NCBI GenBank assembly: GCA_008974985.1
Contig: BFAS01000272.1
Location: forward strand, 1-42,450
Direction of reading: 5' to 3'
Length of the DNA stretch: 42,450 nt
Source of the DNA: a bacterium MnTg02
Lineage (GTDB): Bacteria; Pseudomonadota; Alphaproteobacteria; Rhizobiales; BFAS01
This document shows, piece after piece, positions 34,581 to 42,450 of the stretch. Both the position numbers and the translations under genes were made by a program. Within the stretch, counting starts at the first letter, position 1; each line of letters opens with the position of its first letter. The notes beneath the pieces are model-generated. The model saw only the letters and a program-made list of their open reading frames with translations. It had not been told where the DNA came from and made no database searches.

Positions 34581-34844
34581 GTTACACTCAACCCTGTTTT
34601 CAAACCCTACAGGCGCTTTTGACGCTCTAACTTGGGAGTGAGTGTAACCCCGGACTAGGTAAGATTTGCTAAAGCTGCTGGGAAATTATTGACTAAAATT
34701 TTCAGAAAGTCCGTCTTATTGAGAGTGATAGAATAGCTTTGCAGTCGTCAATAAACGGCCAAAAGACTACAATTTCCGGTCCGGGTTGGTTAACAGTTCC
34801 TTGACCGGACCCATCGTTCAAAAATAAGAAATAAAAAATAACGT

Positions 34845-35072
34845 TCAGCCGTCTTTGTCCGCCTCGGCTTTGTCCTGCGAGCCGGTAACGGCCTTGGCAG
34901 CGATGCCGACCGCAGCACCTGTTGCCCTCGCCGTGGTTTTCACAGCTGCCGCCGTAACAGACGTTGCGGTTTTTGCGACCATGAGAGCGGCGCAACCGGA
35001 TAAGCCTGACGAGAAAATAAGGAACGCCACAAGAACAAGCGCAGGGATGCCTCCATACGCACGGCAGATCAT
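34845..35072 (-). CDS. Small Ala/Thr-rich lipoprotein
   Basis: Lipobox FSSGLSGC after a hydrophobic signal peptide. Length is 75 aa. Confidence 0.45.
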   Translation of the reverse strand: MICRAYGGIPALVLVAFLIFSSGLSGCAALMVAKTATSVTAAAVKTTARATGAAVGIAAKAVTGSQDKAEADKDG

Positions 35073-35247
35073 GGCATCTCCTTTTGCCGGTCCAATGCCG
35101 GTTTCCCTACGACTCCCATGAAACGTTCCGCGAACGCATACGCTTCCCCACGTCCTATAGACCCGGTCAATATGCTGAAAATTTGTCCCTTAACGCGCAG
35201 GGATCGCGTTCTGGTCAAAGGGCGGAAAGATTAATAATTGTTTGACG

Positions 35248-36246
35248 TCAGACGACACCAAGTCGAAGCAAATCATGCACATGAATAATTCCGACCGGTT
35301 TGTCGTTCTCGACAACGAATAACGCGGTAATGCTCGATGAATTTATGATTTCGAGCGCGGCGCTTGCCAACATATCGGGGCGCACGGTTTTCGGTGATGC
35401 TGTCATGATGTCTTTGGCGGCGGTCTCAAGAAGCTTTGGCCCCATTTTCCGGCGCAGATCGCCATCGGTCACGATGCCGACCAAGCGGCCGCCCGCACCC
35501 GTTATGCCTAGGCAACCAAAGCTTTTTTCCGTCATCGTCACCAGGGCATCGCTCATTACGGCGTCCCGATCAACAAGCGGCATCTGATCGCCCTTATGCA
35601 TAATATCGCTGACGAACTTGAGATTGGCTCCGAGCTGGCCGCCGGGGTGGAAGATGCTGAAATCCTGAGCAGTGAAGCCTTTGCTTTCAAGGAGAGCGAT
35701 GGCCAGGGCATCGCCAAGCGCAAGTTGCATTATTGTTGATGTTGTTGGCGCAAGACCGTGAGGACAGGCTTCTTTAGCTTGCGGCAAAAGCAATACGATC
35801 TCCGCGGAGGCAGCTAGCGTGCTCTTCTCCCGGGACGTGGCGGCAATGAGTGGAACGGCGAAGCGCCGCGAATAAGTGATGAGGCCTGAGAATTCGGCAG
35901 TTTCCCCAGACCATGAAAAGGCGAGCAGCACATCGTCCCGGGTGAGCATGCCGAGGTCACCGTGGTTTGCTTCGCCGGGATGAACGAAATAGGCAGGCGT
36001 GCCGGTCGAAGCGAGGGTCGCCGCAACCTTTTGGCCGACATGGCCACTTTTCCCCATGCCGCTAACGATGACCCGGCCCTTTGCGCCACGGATGATTTCG
36101 ACGGCCTGTGCAAAATGGTGAGCCAGTCCGGATCGAAGGGCCGTTTCCAGGGACTTCAGCCCCTCGCATTCGATCTCCAGCGTCCGTCTTGCAGACTCTA
36201 TCAATGCCTTCGTCTGCTGGTCTTCGGATTTGATAGCTTCAGCCAT
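35248..36246 (-). CDS. kpsF: KpsF/GutQ-family arabinose-5-phosphate isomerase (SIS plus tandem CBS domains)
   Basis: SIS motif GRVIVSGMGKSGHVG. The C-terminal CBS pair ends in VGIIHVHDLLR. Length is 332 aa. Confidence 0.85.
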   Translation of the reverse strand: MAEAIKSEDQQTKALIESARRTLEIECEGLKSLETALRSGLAHHFAQAVEIIRGAKGRVIVSGMGKSGHVGQKVAATLASTGTPAYFVHPGEANHGDLGMLTRDDVLLAFSWSGETAEFSGLITYSRRFAVPLIAATSREKSTLAASAEIVLLLPQAKEACPHGLAPTTSTIMQLALGDALAIALLESKGFTAQDFSIFHPGGQLGANLKFVSDIMHKGDQMPLVDRDAVMSDALVTMTEKSFGCLGITGAGGRLVGIVTDGDLRRKMGPKLLETAAKDIMTASPKTVRPDMLASAALEIINSSSITALFVVENDKPVGIIHVHDLLRLGVV

Positions 36247-36836
36247 ATCTCCAGATATCCAGTTTCCCCTTTAACCGCTTCTGTCCGATAAATTGGCCGC
36301 GTTTTCTATTCCTATCATATTCTTGCGGCGAATCGGGAATAGGTCGCCGACTTTCCAGTAGCAATAATTTCTCCTCCCCGGTTCTTCGTAGATTACTCTT
36401 TCCAACTTTTTAAGCAGTCTAAGATGCGCGGATCCCTGTGGAAATTGACGCATCGCTCGTTGCTCATGAGCGAAGCAACAAAGGCTGAGTTTCGTTGAAA
36501 ATAGCCTGAAACAGCCAATTTTCCGACGAGCTCGGAATGAAATTGGCGCTCATTTCGGCCTAGCCAGCAAAGACCAGCCGGCTCCGGTTTGAAATCACAC
36601 GATTCAGATCGTTGCGGTTAAAAGATATTCTTGCACTGGCCACGGTCCGTGAAGCTAGGATATAGGTTGCGTGGATTAGGTATGCCAGCATAAGAAAATT
36701 AGGTGGGTAGGGCAAACTCCATACCATGATGATTTATTTTGTGGCGACTTGGTTCCGTTTGATACGTGGCCGGACAGCGGTTCGCCAAACATGGCCATTT
36801 GCCCGGTCTGTTACGTCGGCAGGTCTTAAGGTCACT

Positions 36837-38117
36837 ATGGTTGCTGTGACGATCTTTGCCGCATTCCTCATCCCCATCATGACAACGAACGACGCAAACG
36901 CTCAGCCGGCTTATCGGGATCGGGTTGGATTGGCGTTTCGAACCTGGATCGAGGAACTTTGGCCGGAAGCGAAACGAGCTGGGGTTTCACGGGCGACGTT
37001 CGATGAAGCGTTTCGGGGCATTTGGCTCGATTGGAAGCTTCCCGATCTGGTGCCACCCGAGATTGCGAGTTTCCGGCCGTCACCAAAGGAGCGTGGTTTT
37101 CAGAAAAAGAAGAAGAGGCAGCCAGAGTTTGATCTCCCCGGCAACTATTTTCCAGAAAACCGTATCAGCACGCTGGTCCAAACCGGCCGCAAGAAATTTG
37201 CTGAATGGCAAGACTTGCTCACGGTTCTTGAGAGCAGATATGGCGTTGGAAAAGCGGTTATTTTAGCCGTCTGGGCGCGCGAGACGGCTTTTGGCACCTA
37301 TCGAATTCCGCACTACGCGATTCAAGCGCTCGCAACTCAAGGATTTATGGGACGGCGCAAGATTTTTTTCCGCAAACAGCTCGTTATAGGATTGCAAATC
37401 TTGCAAGAGGGTCATGTGACCCGCAGTGGAATGAAGAGCTCCTGGGCCGGCGCCATGGGGCATACCCAGTTTTTGCCATCGGATTTTCGAAATTTTGCAG
37501 TGGATTTCGATGGAGATGGACGGCGGGATATTTGGAAGTCAATTCCTGATGCGCTGGCGTCAACGGCGAACTATCTCAATAAGAATGGCTGGCAAAGGGG
37601 CAAGACCTGGGGCTATGAGGTCCGCGTTCCGGAGAATTTTGATTGTACATTGGAGGGTCAGGGAAATGCGCGGACCATCGCCGAATGGCTGCGCATCGGC
37701 ATTGTCAGAACTTATGACCGCCAATTCCGGCCGGCGCGACTTGGAGAAAAGGCGGTTTTGCTGATGCCGGCAGGAAAGTTCGGACCGGCATTTCTCGTTC
37801 TCAAGAATTTCTTCGTGATCAAAACCTACAATCCTGCCAATCTCTATGCCCTTTTTATCGGTCACATGGCGGATCGGATCGGCCATGACCGGCCGTTTGA
37901 GACGGGGTGGAAACCTGTTGAGCGATTCACGAGGGATTGGGTGCGGCGGCTTCAAAGCAAGCTCGCAGCAGGAGGTTACCAAACCGGCAAAATCGACGGA
38001 CTTCTCGGTCCGGCAACACGGGTCGCTGTCGGTGCCTATCAGCGCCGCTATGGTTTGCCCGTGACATGCTATCCAAGTAGGGCCTTGTCGTCACGGATTC
38101 GATCGGTCAGCAATTAA
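36837..38117 (+). CDS. Lytic murein transglycosylase (MltB/SLT_2 type) with a C-terminal peptidoglycan-binding domain
   Basis: VWARETAFG, WAGAMGHTQFLPS and DFDGDGRRDIW blocks, plus PG_binding_1-like GKIDGLLGPATRVAVGAYQRRYGLP. The start is set at the signal-peptide ATG 36837 (AAGG upstream); the track ORF begins at 36726. Confidence 0.8.
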   Translation: MVAVTIFAAFLIPIMTTNDANAQPAYRDRVGLAFRTWIEELWPEAKRAGVSRATFDEAFRGIWLDWKLPDLVPPEIASFRPSPKERGFQKKKKRQPEFDLPGNYFPENRISTLVQTGRKKFAEWQDLLTVLESRYGVGKAVILAVWARETAFGTYRIPHYAIQALATQGFMGRRKIFFRKQLVIGLQILQEGHVTRSGMKSSWAGAMGHTQFLPSDFRNFAVDFDGDGRRDIWKSIPDALASTANYLNKNGWQRGKTWGYEVRVPENFDCTLEGQGNARTIAEWLRIGIVRTYDRQFRPARLGEKAVLLMPAGKFGPAFLVLKNFFVIKTYNPANLYALFIGHMADRIGHDRPFETGWKPVERFTRDWVRRLQSKLAAGGYQTGKIDGLLGPATRVAVGAYQRRYGLPVTCYPSRALSSRIRSVSN

Positions 38118-38199
38118 GATAGATGTGGCGATCGGGCGGGCTTAGGTCTGCGCTCGATGCGTCGCTCGCTGTACATCCGTTTCTTGGGATCGCTGAGCA

Positions 38200-39537
38200 A
38201 TGGACTTTGAAGTGGCTAAGGCTGTATCGAGCCGCTGGCAATTTTTGAGGCGATTTCCCTATGGGTTTGCGCGCCTCTATTGCTCTTGCACTCAGCCGCG
38301 GACTTTTTCCAGAACTGCGATAGCTGTTGTCCTAATCGGCTCGATTTGGGCGACCGGCGGGGGCCAGGTCTGGGCTGGGGATGCAGAGGGGGAGGCGGCA
38401 AAATCGGACAAAGCTTTTACCAAATGGACGCAAGCGCTTTGGCCGGAAGCTCAAGCGAAGGGCATATCGCGCGCTGTTTTCGACAGAGCTCTAAAGGGGC
38501 TTACCTTCGATCCTGATGTGCTTCGCTTAAGCGAAAATCAGCCGGAATTCTCAACGCCAATCTGGGACTATATCGAGCGGCGCGTGAGCGCGGATCGCAT
38601 TGCGGCCGGTCAAGACCAATTTGAGCAGCACAGGGAATTGCTTGGGAAACTCGAAGCGGCCTATGGTGTCGATCGCCACGTCTTAACAGCCATTTGGGGA
38701 TTGGAATCCTATTATGGGCAAAGCGCGGGTGCGAGGAGCGCTATCCGATCGCTTGCAAGCCTCGGCTTTAAAGGTAAGCGTAAAGCCTTTGGACGCACCC
38801 AGCTTATTGCCGCGCTTAAAATTCTGGAAAACGAAGATATTGCAGCGGATAAATTGGTTGGATCTTGGGCTGGTGCGATGGGGCAGCCTCAATTCATACC
38901 GACGACTTATCTTGACTATGCCGTTGACTTCGATGGCGATGGCAAGCGCGATATTTGGGATACGACCAGTGATGCCCTCGGCTCCGCCGCTAACTATCTG
39001 AAAATTTCAGGCTGGCAGCCTGACAAAGGCTGGGGCTATGAAATTCAGCTACCGGACAGGTTCGATTATGCCCGAACGGGGCAGAATTCGGTGAAATCCA
39101 TCAGGCAATGGGCTTCGCTCGGCGTCGAGCGGGTTCGCGGCCGCCGGTTTCCAAGATTGAATGATAAGGCGGCAATAATCCTACCCGCCGGATCAACAGG
39201 GCCAGTCTTCCTCATTCTCAACAATTTTCGCGTCATTCTTCGTTATAATAATTCGATCGCCTATGCCCTTGCGATTTGTCATTTGGCGGATCGAATCGCA
39301 GGCTATAGTGGATTGAGCCGCCCTTGGCCGAAGACGTCTGTGCCGCTGGCGCTGAAAAGCGAAAGAGAAGAGTTGCAACGACGGCTCCGTGCCAAAGGCT
39401 ATCGAACGGGAAAAATTGATGGAATTATCGGCCCGAAGACCCGCGCAGCCGTTCGCGCTTATCAAAAGGCGAAGGGCTTGCAAGCCGATGGATATCCAAG
39501 TCTCGAATTTTTAAACGCGTTACGTGAGGACAGCTAA
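38200..39537 (+). CDS. Lytic murein transglycosylase paralog (MltB/SLT_2 type) with a C-terminal peptidoglycan-binding domain
   Basis: IWGLESYYG, WAGAMGQPQFIPT and DFDGDGKRDIW blocks, plus GKIDGIIGPKTRAAVRAYQKAKGLQ. It is collinear with the preceding gene. Confidence 0.85.
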   Translation: MDFEVAKAVSSRWQFLRRFPYGFARLYCSCTQPRTFSRTAIAVVLIGSIWATGGGQVWAGDAEGEAAKSDKAFTKWTQALWPEAQAKGISRAVFDRALKGLTFDPDVLRLSENQPEFSTPIWDYIERRVSADRIAAGQDQFEQHRELLGKLEAAYGVDRHVLTAIWGLESYYGQSAGARSAIRSLASLGFKGKRKAFGRTQLIAALKILENEDIAADKLVGSWAGAMGQPQFIPTTYLDYAVDFDGDGKRDIWDTTSDALGSAANYLKISGWQPDKGWGYEIQLPDRFDYARTGQNSVKSIRQWASLGVERVRGRRFPRLNDKAAIILPAGSTGPVFLILNNFRVILRYNNSIAYALAICHLADRIAGYSGLSRPWPKTSVPLALKSEREELQRRLRAKGYRTGKIDGIIGPKTRAAVRAYQKAKGLQADGYPSLEFLNALREDS

Positions 39538-39555
39538 ACGGAACCGGCCCTGGCT

Positions 39556-40938
39556 ATGACATTTGCCTGTTTGACATTGCTGTATGAGTTTGCCGGCGAA
39601 AGGTGCAGTGCCGGTGCCCATCCAGTTGTTGTCAGAAAATTGGCCGTGCGGGGCTCTGGCTTCGGCTCCAACTTGCGCCAGGCGAGATCTTTGCTTGCAT
39701 TGGTAGTGTTGGCAGTCCTATTCGTGCATGCGAATTCGAGCCAATCCACGGCGCAAACTTTTGATCTTGTCTCAAGAAGCTATGTGACACCGTTTCCGGC
39801 CGGGGACCTCTATAAGCTTTATGTCTTCGGCGATAGCCTGGCAAACGGGATATCGGACGGGCTTGAACGCGCCCTTGTCGCGGATGGCCGGATCGAAATT
39901 GTCCGGAAAACAGTTTATGGAGCGAGCTTTTCGCGCTCAAAAGCTTCGGACTTGCGCGCCTTTGTGGATAAAACGCTGAAGACGGAAACAATTCATATTG
40001 TCGTCCTTATGTTGGGCATCAATGAGCGCACGTCCGTTTCTGAGAAGGGCAAGAGGTACAGTATAGGTAGCCCGGAATGGCGCGCGATATACGCGAAACG
40101 CGTAGATGCCTTTCTCGAAAGATTGAAGAAAGCCCGGGTGGCGATCTATTGGGTCGGACTACCCATTATGCGCAGTCCCAAAACCAATGAGAAGATGCAG
40201 GCTTTGAATGATATTTTCCGGGAACGGGCGTTTCTCAAGGGTGTGAAATTTATTGATACCTGGAATCGTTTCGTCGATGAATTCGGGCGCTACAGTTCTT
40301 ATGGTGCCGATGTGGCGGGTCAGATCCGCCGGCTCCGAGCTGCGGATGGGGTGCATTTTACAGCCTCGGGTTTCGATAAGCTCGCTCATTTCGTCGAACG
40401 CGAAATTCGCCGCGATCTGGCTGCCGCGCAGTCCGAACGTAACGTTCCGCTAGCGGGCAATAAGGAAGAACAAACCCGCGCTATTCGCAGTTCCGCGGCC
40501 AGGGCAAAAAAGCGGACAGGCACGGCGGGTAGTGCCAAGGACAAGCGTGCGGCGATTTCCGCAAAGCGCAATAAATGGGGCACAATTGTATCTCAGATCG
40601 TGCCAGTCGGCAGTAAGGGCGAGCAAGTGATTGTCAAAATCGTCGATGGCATTCGGATCGTTCGCCCGAGAATACCTGAGATCGCATTGGCGACCGCGCT
40701 TGCGCGCAGCGGTTCGAATTCATTTGCGGGCGAGATATTGGCGAATGATATCGGTGGCGGCGTAACGGCTCTATCGTCAGTAAGCCCATCAAACGATCTC
40801 AGCCTTAAAACTGCAAAGCAAAGAGTTCCCTTGACGCAGCTGCCATACTACAAGGTACTGATTAAAGGGGAAAAGATGACACCCAGAGCTGGCCGTGCAG
40901 ACGATTTTTCTTGGCCTCGAAACCAATTGAGCCAGTGA
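39556..40938 (+). CDS. SGNH/GDSL-hydrolase-fold protein (DUF459-like) with a long basic C-terminal extension
   Basis: Block I YVFGDSLANG, block III MLGINE and block V ADGVHFT. The start codon is uncertain. Confidence 0.7.
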   Translation: MTFACLTLLYEFAGERCSAGAHPVVVRKLAVRGSGFGSNLRQARSLLALVVLAVLFVHANSSQSTAQTFDLVSRSYVTPFPAGDLYKLYVFGDSLANGISDGLERALVADGRIEIVRKTVYGASFSRSKASDLRAFVDKTLKTETIHIVVLMLGINERTSVSEKGKRYSIGSPEWRAIYAKRVDAFLERLKKARVAIYWVGLPIMRSPKTNEKMQALNDIFRERAFLKGVKFIDTWNRFVDEFGRYSSYGADVAGQIRRLRAADGVHFTASGFDKLAHFVEREIRRDLAAAQSERNVPLAGNKEEQTRAIRSSAARAKKRTGTAGSAKDKRAAISAKRNKWGTIVSQIVPVGSKGEQVIVKIVDGIRIVRPRIPEIALATALARSGSNSFAGEILANDIGGGVTALSSVSPSNDLSLKTAKQRVPLTQLPYYKVLIKGEKMTPRAGRADDFSWPRNQLSQ

Positions 40939-40972
40939 TCATAAGCAAAATAAATACGGGGCAGATAGTTTT

Positions 40973-42450
40973 ATGCGTATCTTTAGTCTGCGTTGCGGCA
41001 GTCGGTCGTGGCGATTGCGGCGTATAGCCATAGTTTTGACGCCGATCGCAGCGCTTGGTTTGACCGGATGCTTGCCCGACTTCTTTTCCGGCAAGTCTGC
41101 CGATAGCAATTCTAGTTCCGATCGCACAACAACCAGCCAAGTTAATCGGTCGCAAAAGACAGGTTCGTTCGGCGCTGCGGCCGAGCAGCCGGTGACGTCT
41201 ACACGTCACTTGAAGCAGGGTAGAGAAATCCAAAAAGTCGAAACGCGGGCGACATCCGCGAGCTTGCAGCGGGGTCCGGGGCCTGGGCGTTTGGGCTCGG
41301 TTGTTACGCGCCCGGCCGGTTCAAAAGCGATTGTCACGGACGTCGTAGCCAATCGTGCGCTTGCGAACTTTTATTCCGTATTGGCCCGTCTTGAGTCTGC
41401 CGCCCTTCAGCGGCCTATCACAATTCTTCATCTTGGTGATGAGCGCATAGCGATGGATCGTTTCGGTGGCGACCTTCGCGAGGTTTTCCATTCGCGATTT
41501 GGTGATGCCGGGCGGGGAATGATGTCTCCAGGGCGGCCCTTCCCCCATTATCGTGCGCGCGGTATGCAGGTCCATCAAACAGGGACTTGGACTGTTGCCA
41601 ACAGCCTAGCAGGCGATACAGGCCCCTTTGGCTTGACAGGCGTCAGGCTGACGTCCGGGGCGGCGAAATCAAGCGTTAGCTTGACGGATCTTAAAGGGCA
41701 GTTTAGCTGGGCCGAAATCTCGTTTCTCGCCGGACCGCGCCAAGGCACCGCGATCGTCTCCGTGGAGGATGAGAATGGCAATGATGCGATCCGGCAAATC
41801 GTGGACACCGCCGCTGGCGGGTTGCAGATCAAGCGGTTAAGGCTGAACCAGGCTGGGAAAACGCTCAAGGTTACGGCCGGGGACAACGGGCCAGTGACAC
41901 TTTTGTCCTGGGCGGTCGGACGCAGCAACCCGGGAATACGATATGTCAGCCTTGGCGTGCCTAATGCGACGGCAGGAATTGCACAGCTTTGGGACGCAAC
42001 GCTGGTTGGCCAAGAATTGCAGCAGATAAAGCCTGATCTCATCATTTTGAGTTACGGGACGAATGAAAGTTTCGACGACAAACTAAACGTTGCGATATAC
42101 GAAAGCGGTATATCGGAGACTATTTCTCATCTTAAGACGCTTGCGCCGCAAGCCTCATTGCTGATGCTTGGACCGCCGGACATGGCACGTCTGCCGGATC
42201 ATGCGGGCCGTATTTCCGGAGCGGCGAAGTCGATTCCTTGCCGGCGGCTCAACGCCGAGGAAATCAAGACCTATTCAGAACGAATTCGCGCCCGCGACCG
42301 GCAGCTCGCGCGCTGGCATCCGCCCGTCCTCCTCGACCAAGTGCGGAGTGTTCTACGCCGGGTAGCTGCAAGGAATGGGGCGCTCTTTTGGGACTGGTCT
42401 AAGGTTATGGGCGGCAGTTGTGGAATTCATGCCTGGGTCTATCGCAGCCC
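40973..42450 (+). CDS. Lipoprotein with an SGNH-like fold, 3'-truncated by the window edge; not in the supplied ORF track
   Basis: My manual translation from the ATG at 40973 found no stop through 42450 (492 codons). Lipobox ALGLTGC. Block I-like ILHLGDERIAMDRFGG and block III-like LSYGTNES. Confidence 0.65.
   Translation, partial: MRIFSLRCGSRSWRLRRIAIVLTPIAALGLTGCLPDFFSGKSADSNSSSDRTTTSQVNRSQKTGSFGAAAEQPVTSTRHLKQGREIQKVETRATSASLQRGPGPGRLGSVVTRPAGSKAIVTDVVANRALANFYSVLARLESAALQRPITILHLGDERIAMDRFGGDLREVFHSRFGDAGRGMMSPGRPFPHYRARGMQVHQTGTWTVANSLAGDTGPFGLTGVRLTSGAAKSSVSLTDLKGQFSWAEISFLAGPRQGTAIVSVEDENGNDAIRQIVDTAAGGLQIKRLRLNQAGKTLKVTAGDNGPVTLLSWAVGRSNPGIRYVSLGVPNATAGIAQLWDATLVGQELQQIKPDLIILSYGTNESFDDKLNVAIYESGISETISHLKTLAPQASLLMLGPPDMARLPDHAGRISGAAKSIPCRRLNAEEIKTYSERIRARDRQLARWHPPVLLDQVRSVLRRVAARNGALFWDWSKVMGGSCGIHAWVYRS

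Overview
This 42.45-kb window is a chromosomal segment whose gene content looks alphaproteobacterial, probably Rhizobiales-like (inference from gene content only). I saw no rRNA, tRNA, CRISPR array, transposase or integrase. Most of it is housekeeping or accessory metabolism:
- a MocR-type regulator divergent from a PNPOx-like flavoprotein, and a LysR regulator divergent from a DUF1127 gene
- an amidase next to a TRAP transporter (dctPQM)
- an L,D-transpeptidase with a truncated paralog upstream
- a fused indolepyruvate:ferredoxin oxidoreductase and a 1-Cys peroxiredoxin
- a sulfite-reduction cluster (cysG-DUF2849-cysI-DUF934)
- catalase, ferrochelatase, an SPFH/NfeD pair, a MotA/MotB-like stator pair and KpsF
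- a cell-wall cluster of two tandem lytic transglycosylases and two SGNH-fold proteins

Features that the ORF track does not explain:
1. A family of ~135-bp three-hairpin palindromic elements. It forms a 4-unit tandem array at 372-896 and three solo copies that sit tightly against gene 3' ends.
2. A ~1.2-kb AT-rich islet, bracketed by a shared 12-bp motif plus hairpin. It carries a YaaC-like gene split by a single in-frame TAA.
3. A two-gene operon of a two-domain multicopper oxidase and a ZIP-family permease with an extra N-terminal domain. It is bracketed by two direct copies of a second hairpin repeat and lies next to a perfect 7-1-7 palindrome of Fur-family operator architecture.
4. An inverted ATACCA pair in the MocR/PNPOx intergenic region.
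5. Several degenerate or truncated paralogs: an Ldt fragment, a CxxS thioredoxin-fold protein, a metallophosphoesterase with degenerate motifs, and an SGNH protein with GDE in place of GDS.
6. A long ORF running off the right window edge that is absent from the supplied track.

I do not see a convincing multi-gene defence or otherwise novel system. The strongest candidates for follow-up are the repeat family, the YaaC-like islet and the MCO-ZIP cassette. All functional calls rest on motifs read from the translations and were not confirmed by any search.
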